Shown: positions 9,203 through 19,322, numbered from the stretch's first letter. The stretch is DNA of 64,000 bases from Patescibacteria group bacterium (GCA_041667185.1 JBAYFM010000009.1:351-64350), one strand, 5' to 3'. Notes: generated from the sequence alone by a model not told the origin. Translations and numbers: made by a program.

Positions 9203-9340
9203 GGGAGAGTGAGGAAGTGTGGGAGTGCTGAAGTTCTGAAGTGCGGGAGTTCTGGAGTTCTGGAGTGCTGGAGTGCAGGAGAGACGGAGATGCGGAGGGT
9301 GGGGCTGGATTCCCGCCTGCCCTTTTTCGCCCTGAGAAAT
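9203..9340. repeat. Octamer-array repeat, copy R3
   Basis: gggagtgctgaagttctgaagtgcgggagttctggagttctggagtgctggagtgcaggagagacggag ... ctggattcccgcctgccctttttcgccc. The same tail is present in R2. Confidence 0.7.
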
Positions 9341-9411
9341 TTTTGACAAAAAAGATTTTTTATCACCTGGTGTCAGGCATTCATTTTCGTCGTTCGCGAA
9401 CGACGCGACGA

Positions 9412-9445
9412 AGACAAAAAAAGCGGCCGAGCTAAGCTCGACCGC
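9412..9445 (-). terminator. Intrinsic terminator of the acyl-CoA dehydrogenase gene
   Basis: Minus-strand hairpin gcggtcgagcttagctcggccgc followed by a T7 run, 18 nt after the stop at 9463. Confidence 0.5.
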
Positions 9446-9462
9446 CTGAGGCTGTCCGGAAA

Positions 9463-11352
9463 CTAGAACGGGTATTTCCCCTGTTCCGCCGCGGCGTCGC
9501 CGATGCGGCGCTTGAGCGCGACGAGATCGTCGAGAGGCGCCGCCGCCAGCAGATCCAGGACTCGCGCGACCTTGTTCTGCCGCTCGAGTCCGGAGCTGAG
9601 CGCTGAAAGAACGCGGACGCACTTGTCCGCCGCTTCCCGCTGCGCGTGGCAGAAGTAAGCGCGCACGACCGCTTCGGCGAGCTTCGCGTCGGCTCCGGCA
9701 GCCGCCAGCTTCTCGTACCGCAGCAGCGCCGATTCCATGGCGAAGACCGCGAGCAGCAGATCAGCCAGAGCGAACAGCAGCTGCTGCTCGTCCTTGAGCT
9801 TGGCCTGCAGCGTCATCATCGCCTCGCCGAGCGCGTAAAGCACGGCTGAGCGCACGGCGTCGAACGCCGGACGAAGCGCCTTCGGTCCGGGCTCGATGAC
9901 CTGGCGCGTCCTCGTGACCGAGAACGGCAGTTGATCGGCGGCGCGGCGAACAGCGAACTCCGCGAAGGAGCGCAGCTGCTTGGCCGTGGCCAAACCCTTG
10001 GCCAGAGTGCTCTTGCGTCCGCGCTTCACAGCCGCGGCCGCCTGGCCTTTGGCCGCGCCGACGAGATCGATCCGGCCCTGGAGATGGCGTTTGAGGACCT
10101 CGCCGACCGCGAGCATGCGGTTGATCTCGTTGGTACCCTCGAAGATGCGGTTGATGCGCGAGTCGCGGTACATGCGGGACGCCGGGTATTCCTCGACGTA
10201 ACCGTAGCCGCCGTAGACCTGCACCATCTCGTCGGCGACGTTGCCGAGCATCTCGGAGAGTCCCACTTTGACCAGCGAACACTCGACCGTGTACTCCTCG
10301 ATGGCCTTGGTCGCCTCTTCCGGCGTCTTGGCGCCATGGAGCCGGCTGGACAGGAGTCCGGCGGTGCGGAAAACCATGGACTCGCCGACCCAGCCCGCGA
10401 CCACCATGTCGGCGATCTTGGCCCGGATGCCGTCGAAGTCGAGCAGCGGCTTCCCGAACTGTTTGCGTTCGGAAGCGTACTGCACCGCGGAGTTCACGGA
10501 CGACTTGATGGCGCCGACCGCGCCCGCCCCGAGCTTGAACCGTCCGAGGTTCAGCGTGTTCAGGACGATCTTGTGGCCCTTGCCGATGGTCCCGAGCAGG
10601 TTCTCCGCCGGCACCAGCGCGTCCTCGAAGACGAGCCGGCAGGTGGACGAACCGCGGATGCCCATCTTGTGCTCTTCGCGATCGATGCTGAGACCCGGCG
10701 TCCCTTTCTCGATCACGAGACAGGCCATCTTGGCGTTGTCGCCGTCAATCTTCACGAAGACCGTGAAAATGTCAGCGATCTTCGCATTGGTGATGAAGAC
10801 CTTCTCGCCGTTCACGACGTAATGCTTGCCGTCGGGCGAGAGCACGGCCTTGCACTTGGCCGCCAAGGCATCGCTGCCGCTGCTCGACTCGGTAAGCGCG
10901 TAGGCGGCAATGAGACCGCCGGACACGATGCCCGGCAAAAAGCGGCGCTTCTGCTCTTCGTTGCCGAAGTACAGGATCGGCCAGGTGCCGATGCCGCTGT
11001 GCGCGCCCACGGCCGTGGCGTAGGAACCGCTCCCGCAGCCGCCGATGGCCTCGAGGACCAGCGCCGACGTCGTGAGATCCTGGCCGAGACCGCCGAATTC
11101 CTCCGGCAGATCCACGCCCAGCAGTCCGAGTTCGCCGGCCTGACGGATCAGGCCTGTGAGCAGCTCGTAGTCGTGCTCTTCGAGAGCCGCGACTTTCGGC
11201 GTCACTTCCTGTTTCATGAAGTCAGCCACGGCTTCGCCGATGCTGCGCTGTTCCTCGGAGAAATCCTCCGGCGTACAGACGCTCTGGCTGTCGTTGCGAT
11301 CGACCAAAAATGCCGCGCCGCGAACTTCTTTCTTGCTCTTGGTTTCGGTCAT
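9463..11352 (-). CDS. Acyl-CoA dehydrogenase, long form with C-terminal helical extension
   Basis: 629 aa. Typical ACAD N/M/C domains (YALTESSSGSDA, GGYGYVEEYP, RIFEGTNEI) plus a ~200-aa C-terminal extension as in ACAD9/VLCAD-like and FadE-like enzymes. Confidence 0.75.
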   Translation of the reverse strand: MTETKSKKEVRGAAFLVDRNDSQSVCTPEDFSEEQRSIGEAVADFMKQEVTPKVAALEEHDYELLTGLIRQAGELGLLGVDLPEEFGGLGQDLTTSALVLEAIGGCGSGSYATAVGAHSGIGTWPILYFGNEEQKRRFLPGIVSGGLIAAYALTESSSGSDALAAKCKAVLSPDGKHYVVNGEKVFITNAKIADIFTVFVKIDGDNAKMACLVIEKGTPGLSIDREEHKMGIRGSSTCRLVFEDALVPAENLLGTIGKGHKIVLNTLNLGRFKLGAGAVGAIKSSVNSAVQYASERKQFGKPLLDFDGIRAKIADMVVAGWVGESMVFRTAGLLSSRLHGAKTPEEATKAIEEYTVECSLVKVGLSEMLGNVADEMVQVYGGYGYVEEYPASRMYRDSRINRIFEGTNEINRMLAVGEVLKRHLQGRIDLVGAAKGQAAAAVKRGRKSTLAKGLATAKQLRSFAEFAVRRAADQLPFSVTRTRQVIEPGPKALRPAFDAVRSAVLYALGEAMMTLQAKLKDEQQLLFALADLLLAVFAMESALLRYEKLAAAGADAKLAEAVVRAYFCHAQREAADKCVRVLSALSSGLERQNKVARVLDLLAAAPLDDLVALKRRIGDAAAEQGKYPF

Positions 11353-11563
11353 GCGTCACTCCGCGTATGTGGTGGGGAATGTGAAAGAACTCACATGGTC
11401 CTTACCATATATATGGCTAACCGTCAATCTCGGCGGCAACCGGCCAAGATTGCCTGAGCTGAGCTTATTTTCGCCCCGGCCCAGACGTTTTTGACGTTAA
11501 TCAACGCTTGTGTTTAGATAGCCCCGTGTCCTTTACAATCAAACAAGAACACGGGAGGTTCCG

Positions 11564-14017
11564 ATGTCATCTGCAACCCGTACCAAACTGGCTGTACCGG
11601 CGGAAAAGCTCCGTCTGACCTGCGCTCCTGTGGCCACTGACGCCGCTGCCGATCAGAGCAAGACCGTCGTCCAGAAGGACGCCCTCGCCTCGATCGAGCT
11701 CGGCCTCAAGATGTCCGACAGCGACTACTCGAAGAGCCACTACAACGTCATCGTGGTCGGCTCGCCGAACACCGGCCGCCGCGCCAAGACGCTGGATTTC
11801 CTCCGGCAGTACATGGCCGGCATCGACGCCGCGCCGCCGGATCTCGTCTGCTTGTACGATTTCGCCACGCCGCGCCGCCCGGCCATCATTTCCGTGCCGA
11901 ACGGCAAAGGCCGCGAATTCAAGAAGCGCCTCCAGGCGCTCGGTAAGTACGCGACCAAGATCATGCCGCAGCGCGTGCAGGAGGTCGGTCAACAACACCT
12001 CACGGCACTCTCGGAAGCGCTCACCCAGCTCTGGGAAGAGGCCGACAAGAAGGTCCAGGCCTGCCACCACCTGATCATCATCCACGAAAAGAAGCGCCAC
12101 CTCACGCTCATGTCGCTCGCCCATCCCGGCGAACCCCTCAGCGAGGAAGAGTTCAACGCACTCGATGAAGACATCAGGGCGCAGCTGACCAACGGCGAGA
12201 ACTCCCTGAAGGCGGAAACGATCTTCGAACTGACCAGCCTGCAATCCAGGGAACTCGTCGATCTCCGCCTCGCGGCCAAAAGCAAGGCCGAGCACGACGT
12301 CATCCAGGAGATCCTGGACAAACAAGTCGCCATCCTGAACGGCATCGTCGGCGAGAACGCGGTCTTCAGCCGCTATCTCGATGAGCTCAGCAAAATGATC
12401 TTCCAGCATGCCCTCAAGGAACCGGAAGACAAGCCGCAGCAGAGCTCGATCATGAAGCTCATGAACCGCGACAGCCAGGATGACGGATCGAAATCTCTCG
12501 AGCTGCTCACGCAAGTGAGCCTGCTCGCCGACAACTCCGAGAACGCGCACCCGCCCGTCGTCCACGTGGCGGTGCCGCAATACTCGGAATTGTTCGGCCG
12601 GATCAACGCGCAGATGGTCGGCCAGGACTCGGTCCGGGTCAACCACACGATGATCGACGGCGGCGCATTCCTGAAAGCGAACGGCGGCTGCCTGGTGCTG
12701 GATCTCGATGATCTCTTGCGCTGGGGCGGCGGCATCGCTTTCTACAAGCTGCTCAAGGTCATCCGGACGCGAGCGCTCGCGATCGAGAGCAAAGGCAAGT
12801 TCATGGACTCCGAGACGCTCGTCGACTTCCGCACTCAGGAGACGCCGGTCAACGTCCGGGTCGTGGCTATCTGCAGCCACTACCTGGCCCACGCCCTGCG
12901 CCACCACGAGCCGGAATTCGACAACCTGTTCCGCATCGTCGCCGAATTCGACGACGAGCTGAACGTGGCTGACGCCCCGGCGGCCTACGCCGCTTTCGTC
13001 GAACTGTGCCGCGAAGACGGCCAACTGCCGGAGTTCGCTCCGACGGCCGTGGCCAAACTCGTGGAGTACGGCTGCCGCCGCGCGGCGAGCCAGCTCAAGG
13101 CCTCGACCGAATTCGGCATCATCAAAGACGTCATCACCGAAGCGGCCCATTGGGCCCGCGAGGCCGGTGTCTCCGCGGTCGAAGCCGAGCATGTCCAGCA
13201 TGCCATCGCTGAGCGGTACGACCGTCAGGCGCTCTACGTTCGCCGCTACCAGGACCATATGGATCGCGGCGTGATGCTCCTGCAGCTCGAAGGCTCCCAG
13301 GTCGGCCAGATCAACGGTCTGGTCTACGGCGCCATCAACTCCGAAATCGCCTTCGGCGGCCCCAAGCGGATCACCGCCCGGGCCTACGCCGGCAAGGAGA
13401 AGATCGTGCTCGTCCAGCGGGAAGCTGACCTCAGCGGACCGTCGACAAACACCGCCACGGCCACGATCCGCGGCTACATCTCCGGCCAGTACGGCCGCAA
13501 GAAGCCGCTCGGACTCGCGGTCCAGATCAGCTTCGAGCAGTGCTATGGCGGCGTGGATGGCGATTCCGCCACTCTCGCCGAAACCATCGCGCTCATCTCG
13601 GCCATCACCGAGCTCCCGATCGACCAGAGATTGGCCATCACGGGTTCCATGAACCAGTGGGGCGAAGCTCAGCCGATCGGCGGCGCCAACGAGAAGATCG
13701 AAGGCCACTTCGGTGTTCTCAAGCGCCGCGGCCTGCTCAAAGCCGGACACGGCGTGGTCCTGCCGAAGCAGAACCTCGACGATCTCATGCTCAAAGAAGA
13801 GCTCGTCGAAGCCCAGCGGCAAGGCCTCTACCAGGTCTATGCCGTCTCAACCCTCGATGAAGCGCTGGAGATCTTCCTCGGCCGTCCGGCCGCGGAGATC
13901 CACAAGCTCGTCGAAGAGAAACTCGCCGGTCTGAACGGCGAGGATAAGGGACCGCTCACGTTCTTCCGCAAGCTGTTCCGCCGGAACCAGAAACCCGGCG
14001 TGCCCAGCAATAGCTGA
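11564..14017 (+). CDS. Lon-like S16 protease of the YcbZ/LonC/BrxL type (degenerate AAA+ domain plus Lon proteolytic domain)
   Basis: 817 aa. SD acgggagg upstream. The C-terminus (FEQCYGGVDGDSATLAETIALISAITELPIDQRLAITGSMNQWGEAQPIGGANEKIEGHF) matches the Lon P-domain Ser-Lys dyad region of E. coli YcbZ. The N-terminal P-loop is atypical (VVGSPNTGRRAKT). Confidence 0.65.
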   Translation: MSSATRTKLAVPAEKLRLTCAPVATDAAADQSKTVVQKDALASIELGLKMSDSDYSKSHYNVIVVGSPNTGRRAKTLDFLRQYMAGIDAAPPDLVCLYDFATPRRPAIISVPNGKGREFKKRLQALGKYATKIMPQRVQEVGQQHLTALSEALTQLWEEADKKVQACHHLIIIHEKKRHLTLMSLAHPGEPLSEEEFNALDEDIRAQLTNGENSLKAETIFELTSLQSRELVDLRLAAKSKAEHDVIQEILDKQVAILNGIVGENAVFSRYLDELSKMIFQHALKEPEDKPQQSSIMKLMNRDSQDDGSKSLELLTQVSLLADNSENAHPPVVHVAVPQYSELFGRINAQMVGQDSVRVNHTMIDGGAFLKANGGCLVLDLDDLLRWGGGIAFYKLLKVIRTRALAIESKGKFMDSETLVDFRTQETPVNVRVVAICSHYLAHALRHHEPEFDNLFRIVAEFDDELNVADAPAAYAAFVELCREDGQLPEFAPTAVAKLVEYGCRRAASQLKASTEFGIIKDVITEAAHWAREAGVSAVEAEHVQHAIAERYDRQALYVRRYQDHMDRGVMLLQLEGSQVGQINGLVYGAINSEIAFGGPKRITARAYAGKEKIVLVQREADLSGPSTNTATATIRGYISGQYGRKKPLGLAVQISFEQCYGGVDGDSATLAETIALISAITELPIDQRLAITGSMNQWGEAQPIGGANEKIEGHFGVLKRRGLLKAGHGVVLPKQNLDDLMLKEELVEAQRQGLYQVYAVSTLDEALEIFLGRPAAEIHKLVEEKLAGLNGEDKGPLTFFRKLFRRNQKPGVPSNS

Positions 14018-14133
14018 CCCTTCCGCAGCCGTCTCCGACGACTCGGCCAGGAATACGCTAAAATATGATCTCATAAACTCCAGACGCAAGTCTGGAGTTT
14101 TTCTTTTGGCACCACAAAAAATACGGAAAAAAC

Positions 14134-14190
14134 GCTCCCGCACTTCAGCACTCCAGCACTCCTCCACTTCCACCCCCCACCCCCTTGTAT
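14134..14190. repeat. Octamer-array repeat fragment, copy R4 (inverted-orientation array only)
   Basis: ctcccgcacttcagcactccagcactcctccacttccacccccc. Confidence 0.55.
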
Positions 14191-14249
14191 TTCCGTGCAG
14201 GTGGCGTAAATATACAAGCGGACATTGCTCTTTCAAAACGAGGTGCCAA

Positions 14250-15401
14250 ATGGCTTCTCCCATCAAAGTCGGCTTGCTGCTGCATTTCTACCAACCCTGG
14301 TGGCAGTTTCCGCACGTACTTTCGAAGATCGTGGACGAATGTTATCGCCCGATCTTCAGCTGGCTCGATCATCAGCCGCGTTTCGCCCTGAGCGCCAACA
14401 TCAACTGGTCGCTTCTGGAACTGCTCCGGCGCCACGGCCACGACGACATCATCGCCCTCATGCGACGCTGCGTCAGCGAAGGTAAGATCGAACTCTTCGG
14501 AACCGCGGCCCATCATCCGATCATGCCGCTCATCTCGGAAACCGAAGCGGCCCGCCAGATCGAACGCGACCATCAAGGCAAGAACTCGGTCGGACTGCCC
14601 CAAAGTTCCTGCGGCGGTTTCTACCTGCCGGAATACGCCTACTCCCGCGACGTCGTGCCGCCGCTCCGCGATGCCGGCTACGTCTACACGATCGCCGACG
14701 ACGCCGCTTACGCCGCCCAACACGCTTCGGTCCCCTTCGACCACGTGCCCCGGGTCGGCGGCCTCGGCATCTTCCTGCGCTCGCGGCAGTGGGGCAACGC
14801 CCTGGCCCACGGCCAGTACGACTTCGATCGGCTGAACAAGGACTTCACCCGCGATATCGGTCGCTGGTTCGCCGGCCGTCTCGGCTATGTCGTTCTCGCC
14901 ACTGACGCCGAAACTTTCGGCCACCACCACAAGAAGCTGATTGACTGGCTCCTCAAGCCGATGGTCGAGAACTGGACCGGTCCCCGCTCGCCGGCGGAGA
15001 TCCTGCCCTTCGAACGCCTCTGGACGATGTTCGGCCACGGCTCGCCGGATTCCGTCGTGCCGCCGAGCAGCTGGTCGACCGAGCCCCGCGACTTCGTCAC
15101 CGGCAACCACTTCCCGCTCTGGAAGTCGCCGGACAACATCTACCATCAGGCGCTCTGGAAGCTCGTGGACATCGCCCGCCGCTTCGGAGCCGTTGCCGAA
15201 CTCGACAACGACGTCCAGAAGGCGCTGTCCAGCTGCTGCTGGTGGCAAGTCTCCGGCCGCCCGTACTTCAATCCGCAGCTGATGATGTACGGAGCCCGCA
15301 AAGCGCTCGAGATCATCGATCGCTCCGCGGACGACAAGGCCAGACAAGAAGGCCACAAGGCTTTCGAACATCTCGTGAACCTGCCGGGCATCAACCGGTA
15401 G
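14250..15401 (+). CDS. Glycoside hydrolase family 57 (alpha-glucan processing enzyme)
   Basis: The ORF-track start at 14106 translates repeat R4. The ATG at 14250 gives MASPIKVGLLLHFYQPWWQ. GH57 signatures are present: HQP-type region I, GFYLPEYAYS (nucleophile Glu) and VVLATDAETFGHH (acid/base Asp). Confidence 0.6.
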   Translation: MASPIKVGLLLHFYQPWWQFPHVLSKIVDECYRPIFSWLDHQPRFALSANINWSLLELLRRHGHDDIIALMRRCVSEGKIELFGTAAHHPIMPLISETEAARQIERDHQGKNSVGLPQSSCGGFYLPEYAYSRDVVPPLRDAGYVYTIADDAAYAAQHASVPFDHVPRVGGLGIFLRSRQWGNALAHGQYDFDRLNKDFTRDIGRWFAGRLGYVVLATDAETFGHHHKKLIDWLLKPMVENWTGPRSPAEILPFERLWTMFGHGSPDSVVPPSSWSTEPRDFVTGNHFPLWKSPDNIYHQALWKLVDIARRFGAVAELDNDVQKALSSCCWWQVSGRPYFNPQLMMYGARKALEIIDRSADDKARQEGHKAFEHLVNLPGINR

Positions 15402-15463
15402 CGGACAACTTCAAAACCCCTCCAACCGGAGGGGTTTTATTTTTATCCCGCCGCCGGAGCCGA

Positions 15464-18142
15464 CTAATGACCGGCCAAGCGGATCTGTTCCACGACCGCC
15501 AGCAATTCCGACGGCGCGTAATGTTGTTCCGACACCTCGTGATCGGCGAGTTCTCCAATCTTCCGCGTGAGCACCGCGGCGCGCGCCGCCCGATGGGCTG
15601 CTTCAGGGCCGGCGACGACGATCTCCTCGTCCGCGACCTCAGCGCCGGGATCAGCGAACCGGATCAGGAACCCGTGGGACAGGAGCGCAATCGCCACCAT
15701 CTCTTTCCAGGGCGAAGTCAGGCCCGTGACCGCGACGCGGCCGCGCGTCGGCGGAAAAGACTTGTTCTCCAAAGCCAACTCGATCTTACGCAGATTGGTC
15801 GTCGAACCAGCCTCCTTGTAGAACGTCAGCAGGGCGGCCAGGCATTCCTTGGGGATATCGCACAGCCGGACCCGCAGCGGTTCGCTCACCGGCAGGCTGG
15901 GCGGATAATGCAGGTGGTGTTCATGAATGAGCGCCGCGACCGTCTCGCGCTGTTTGGCCGGAACGCCCTCGTGGTCGCGGAGCCGCTCCACCTCGCGAGC
16001 CAGACCGCGATCGCCGGTGGCAAGCACCGCGTCGAGTTCGCTCGCGCCGGATTCGTCGCCCATCTTCAGAAGCGCGATCGCCGCCGCCAGACGGATGACG
16101 GCCGAAGCCGAATTCAGCGCCTCCTGGAGCAGTGCTTGCTGATCGCGCAGCCGCAGATGGCCCACGAGATACAGGCCCTGGCGATACGCCGCCGCATCCT
16201 CGGGCTTGGCCAGAAGCTCAACGATCGTGTCAGACAAGGCCTGGCGCTCCCAGGTGAACTGCCACAGCGCGGCGACCGCCTGGGCGCGCAGGTCAGGCTC
16301 AGCGCTCGCAAGGAACGGCCTGACGAAATCAATGACCGCCGGATCATGGAAAAGGCGCAGCGAACGCAGGGCGCTGTGCGCCAGCTCCGGCGAGCCGCTC
16401 TTCAGGGAATCAATGATGAGCGGAATGATGTTCGGATCGCGCAGGGCCACGAGCGCGTCAAGAATATCGTTCACGATCTCCGAAACCGCTTCTTGGCGGA
16501 AAGCCTCCCGCAGCCTGGCGATGAGCGTATGCCGGGAGAAGCCACTCTCGTAAAGCCGGTCAGAGGCGTATTTGAACGCGGCCGCGGTCCGGATGGCCTC
16601 GCGCCGGAGCGCGCGGCGCGGATGATTGAATTGTTTCCCGACGACGCGCAGACAGGACGGATCCTGGATGGCCGCCGCGGTCCGGAGCGCCGCGACGCGG
16701 AGCGCGACCGGTTCGGCCTGATCCTGGATGATACTGATGATCGGCGCCAAACAGCCGCCGCTGAGATGCCGGCACTCGGTCAGCGATTCCATCGCCCGGA
16801 GCCGGGTCGCATAGTCGCTGCCGCGCAGCCGCGCGATGAGGATCTCCGGATAACGCCGCCGGATATCCATGATCGCGGCGAAACGGATGAGCAACAAGCA
16901 GACCGCGATAGCGCTGAGCACCCTGATCGCGAACATGGGTTCGGATTCGGGCACGAACCAGCCGAGGGCAATGAGCAGGAAGCTGCCGGCGAGTCCGCCG
17001 ACGGTCGCGACCGGACCGTCGAGCCACGACAGGATGGCGTCGCGCTGGCGATCACTCACGCCGCCGAAGATCTGCTGCATGGAGTGGCCCTGAAGCGGAT
17101 AGACGATGTCGCGCAGGAAATTCACGGCGACGACGACCGGAAAAACCGGCGTCAGGAGCAGCAGGAACGAGCCGAGAAAAGTTATCGCCGGCGAGGTCAG
17201 CAGGTTGCCGGTCGCGCCGACGCGCTTGAAAAGCTGGTGCGAGATCAGGTTGATGAAGACGAGCGAGACGACGTTCAGGATGACCATGTAACGCCCGAGG
17301 AAAGCGTTGAGTTCCGGCTCCGTCAGGTAGCGGGTGTTGGCGGCCACGGCGAACATGTAACTGAAGATCCTCGTGAACAGCATGGATAGCACGGCCAGGA
17401 TCGCGAAGATCAGGACGAAGCGCTGCAGGTCGCGGTCGCCGAGACGCGCAAGCCAGCCGCGGCCGCCGCTCGCGCGATCATCCGCGGGCTCCGGCGGCAG
17501 CGCCGCGAAAAGCGAGCTCTTTCTGGCGAGTTTCATCTGCCGGAAACTGAACACCAGGCCCAGGCCGAGAAAGAACGACACGATGAGGAACAGCGCGGCT
17601 GGCGGCAGGAGTTCGCTGAGTCCGGCGAGGATCGCGCCGGCCGCGATACTGCTCACGGTGTCCACGCTCGAAAGCAACGGCTGGAAACGGCGCATCTGCT
17701 CCAGATTGAAAGCTTGCGCTGTCACGACGCCCTGCTTGACCGAGGCGGTGATGACGCCAGCGGAATTCACGACCAGGCCGACGCCTACGAAGACCAGGGC
17801 CGCGAGCGGCTCCGAGGTCTTTTCCACGAACCCTTCACCGACTGCCAGGAGGATCGAACCGGCGAACGCAAAAGCGAAAAAAATACTGACCTGGGTGAAA
17901 GGACGCAGCTGACGCAGGGGTCCGAGAGCCAGCCACGAACCGATGAAAATGGCCACCGAACTCATGATGAAAAAGATCGGCAGATATTCCACCCCGGCGC
18001 GCTTGATGAGGAAGGCCTCGAGAAGCGTCCAGAGGGTCAGGTTGGCGGCGGTGAGAATGAAAGTATTGCCGGCGAAAAGCGTTATCCAGGGCCTTTCAGC
18101 GGTCTCGATGCGGAATTGATCGCGGAAACGGAATAGGCGCAC
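15464..18142 (-). CDS. Polytopic membrane transporter-like domain (MFS/TLC-like, ~12 TM) fused to C-terminal HEAT/armadillo-repeat domain
   Basis: 892 aa. GTG start with no clear SD. The N-terminal 430 aa are highly hydrophobic with transporter-like topology. The C-terminal 450 aa have repeated helical pairs (AALRTAAAIQDP, ALVALRDPNIIPLI, AHSALRSLRLFHDPAV, AQAVAALWQF) typical of HEAT/PBS lyase repeats. Confidence 0.45.
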   Translation of the reverse strand: MRLFRFRDQFRIETAERPWITLFAGNTFILTAANLTLWTLLEAFLIKRAGVEYLPIFFIMSSVAIFIGSWLALGPLRQLRPFTQVSIFFAFAFAGSILLAVGEGFVEKTSEPLAALVFVGVGLVVNSAGVITASVKQGVVTAQAFNLEQMRRFQPLLSSVDTVSSIAAGAILAGLSELLPPAALFLIVSFFLGLGLVFSFRQMKLARKSSLFAALPPEPADDRASGGRGWLARLGDRDLQRFVLIFAILAVLSMLFTRIFSYMFAVAANTRYLTEPELNAFLGRYMVILNVVSLVFINLISHQLFKRVGATGNLLTSPAITFLGSFLLLLTPVFPVVVAVNFLRDIVYPLQGHSMQQIFGGVSDRQRDAILSWLDGPVATVGGLAGSFLLIALGWFVPESEPMFAIRVLSAIAVCLLLIRFAAIMDIRRRYPEILIARLRGSDYATRLRAMESLTECRHLSGGCLAPIISIIQDQAEPVALRVAALRTAAAIQDPSCLRVVGKQFNHPRRALRREAIRTAAAFKYASDRLYESGFSRHTLIARLREAFRQEAVSEIVNDILDALVALRDPNIIPLIIDSLKSGSPELAHSALRSLRLFHDPAVIDFVRPFLASAEPDLRAQAVAALWQFTWERQALSDTIVELLAKPEDAAAYRQGLYLVGHLRLRDQQALLQEALNSASAVIRLAAAIALLKMGDESGASELDAVLATGDRGLAREVERLRDHEGVPAKQRETVAALIHEHHLHYPPSLPVSEPLRVRLCDIPKECLAALLTFYKEAGSTTNLRKIELALENKSFPPTRGRVAVTGLTSPWKEMVAIALLSHGFLIRFADPGAEVADEEIVVAGPEAAHRAARAAVLTRKIGELADHEVSEQHYAPSELLAVVEQIRLAGH

Positions 18143-18189
18143 AAATCTCGGAGGTCAGGTATTATCCGTGTATTTTAGCATATTTTGAA

Positions 18190-18320
18190 GGGAGTGCGGG
18201 AGTTTGGGAGAGACGGAGTCAGGGAGTGCGGGAGTTTGTGTCGGGTCTCCCCGACTCCAGCACTCCAGCACTTCTGTACTTCTGTACCCCCGCACTCTCC
18301 GTTCATCGGATCAGGGAACG
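18190..18320. repeat. Octamer-array palindromic repeat, copy R5
   Basis: gggagtgcgggagtttgggagagacggagtcagggagtgcgggagtttgtgtcgggtctccccgactccagcactccagcacttctgtac ... cgcactctccgttcatcggatcaggg. Confidence 0.75.
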
Positions 18321-18391
18321 ACGTGGCGGGGTCAAAAAGAAAAGCGCCGGGCCGCGAGTATGCGGTCCGGTGCTGAGGTGTGGCGATAGCG

Positions 18392-19047
18392 TCAGATCTT
18401 GGAACTGGTGTGGTTTTGTTTGTCTGCGGCCAGGAGCCAGCGGCCAAGATGCCGCCAGATGCCGGAGCGTGCCAGCGTGACCAAGCCGTAGACTAAGCTG
18501 ACGATCAGGCTGGCGAGCAGACCGTAGACTAGGCCATAGACCAAGCCCGGGACTAAACCGTAGACCAAACCTAGGCCTAGGCCGTAGACCAGACAACTAG
18601 CCATACTGGCGAACAGACCGACGAATAAGCCGACGTTCAGGCTGACGATCAGGCCGCAGGCCAGACCGGCGACCAGACCGACGAGTGGTTCGATGAAGAT
18701 TAGGTCGTAATCCTGGCCGTAGAGCTGGTTGAGGACCTCGGTGATGGGCAGGTTGATGAACAAGCCGCAGAACAGACCGAAGAGTAAGCCAATAATCAGA
18801 ATGCGTCGAACACGCTCATCTTCGATGAATCGAGAAGTCATCGCCAGCACGATGAGAGCGGCCCAGATGGCCGCCATCGGCACATCCCACCAGCGAGAGA
18901 TGGCAAAAGGCAACTTCAGCACCCCGCCATCGACGATCGCAGGCACCGAACCGGTGCGCCAGTAGCAGATCGTCCAGACAGCGGCGGCCAGACTCGCGGC
19001 CACAAGGGCCAACCTGGAAATCAAGGTCAGTCTTCTCTCTGAAGTCA
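18392..19047 (-). CDS. Hypothetical polytopic membrane protein with GL(V/F)(Y/V)GL repeats
   Basis: ATG at 19047 has the strong SD aaaggagc 7 nt upstream, giving MTSERRL. The ORF-track start at 19066 lacks an SD. 218 aa. C-terminal low-complexity run LVYGLGLGLVYGLVPGLVYGLVYGLL. Flanked on both sides by direct copies of the octamer-array repeat (R5, R6). Confidence 0.45.
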
Positions 19048-19140
19048 TTTGGCGCTCCTTTGTCATTTGGGAAAGATCGGACAGCGCGAAAGATGCGAGC
19101 CATCATTTCTTATCATTACCATGCTATTTGGTCAATCATC

Positions 19141-19282
19141 AGAGTTCGGGAGTGTGGGAGAGACGGAGTCAGGGAGTTCGGGAGTGTGGGAGAGACGGAG
19201 TCAGGGAGTGCTGGAGTTTGTGTCGGGTCTCCCCGACTCCAGCACTCCAGCACTCCAGCACTCTCCGTTCATCGGATACGGA
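19141..19282. repeat. Octamer-array palindromic repeat, copy R6
   Basis: agttcgggagtgtgggagagacggagtcagggagttcgggagtgtgggagagacggagtcagggagtgctggagtttgtgtcgggtctccccgactccagcactccagcactccagcactctccgttcatcggatacgg. Same architecture and orientation as R5. Confidence 0.75.
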
Positions 19283-19284
19283 GT

Positions 19285-19322
19285 CATTACTAAAACCCGG
19301 CCTTGCTGCGGCCGGGCTTTCA
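19285..19322 (-). terminator. Intrinsic terminator of the PiT transporter gene
   Basis: Minus-strand hairpin agcccggccgcagcaaggccgggtt followed by ttagtaatg (weak, interrupted T-stretch), starting 27 nt after the stop at 19349. Confidence 0.5.

Noticed and set aside
8553-9622. ORF-track ORFs 8603..9100, 8724..8918, 9088..9366, 9140..9622, 9143..9346, 9241..9435 and the N-terminal extension of the DUF3160 ORF (8553-8741). Similar ORFs at 18175..18480, 19049..19331, 35235..35417, 48293..48544, 62685..62954
   Set aside because: They are translations of the octamer repeats (recurrent PALQHS/TPALQHS/SAGETES peptides in several frames and strands). They have no start context and overlap real genes or terminators.
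11564-14017. BREX defence system (BrxL)
   Set aside because: Only the Lon-like gene is present. Flanking genes are metabolic (acyl-CoA dehydrogenase, GH57). No methyltransferase, PglZ or BrxC-like ATPase within the window.
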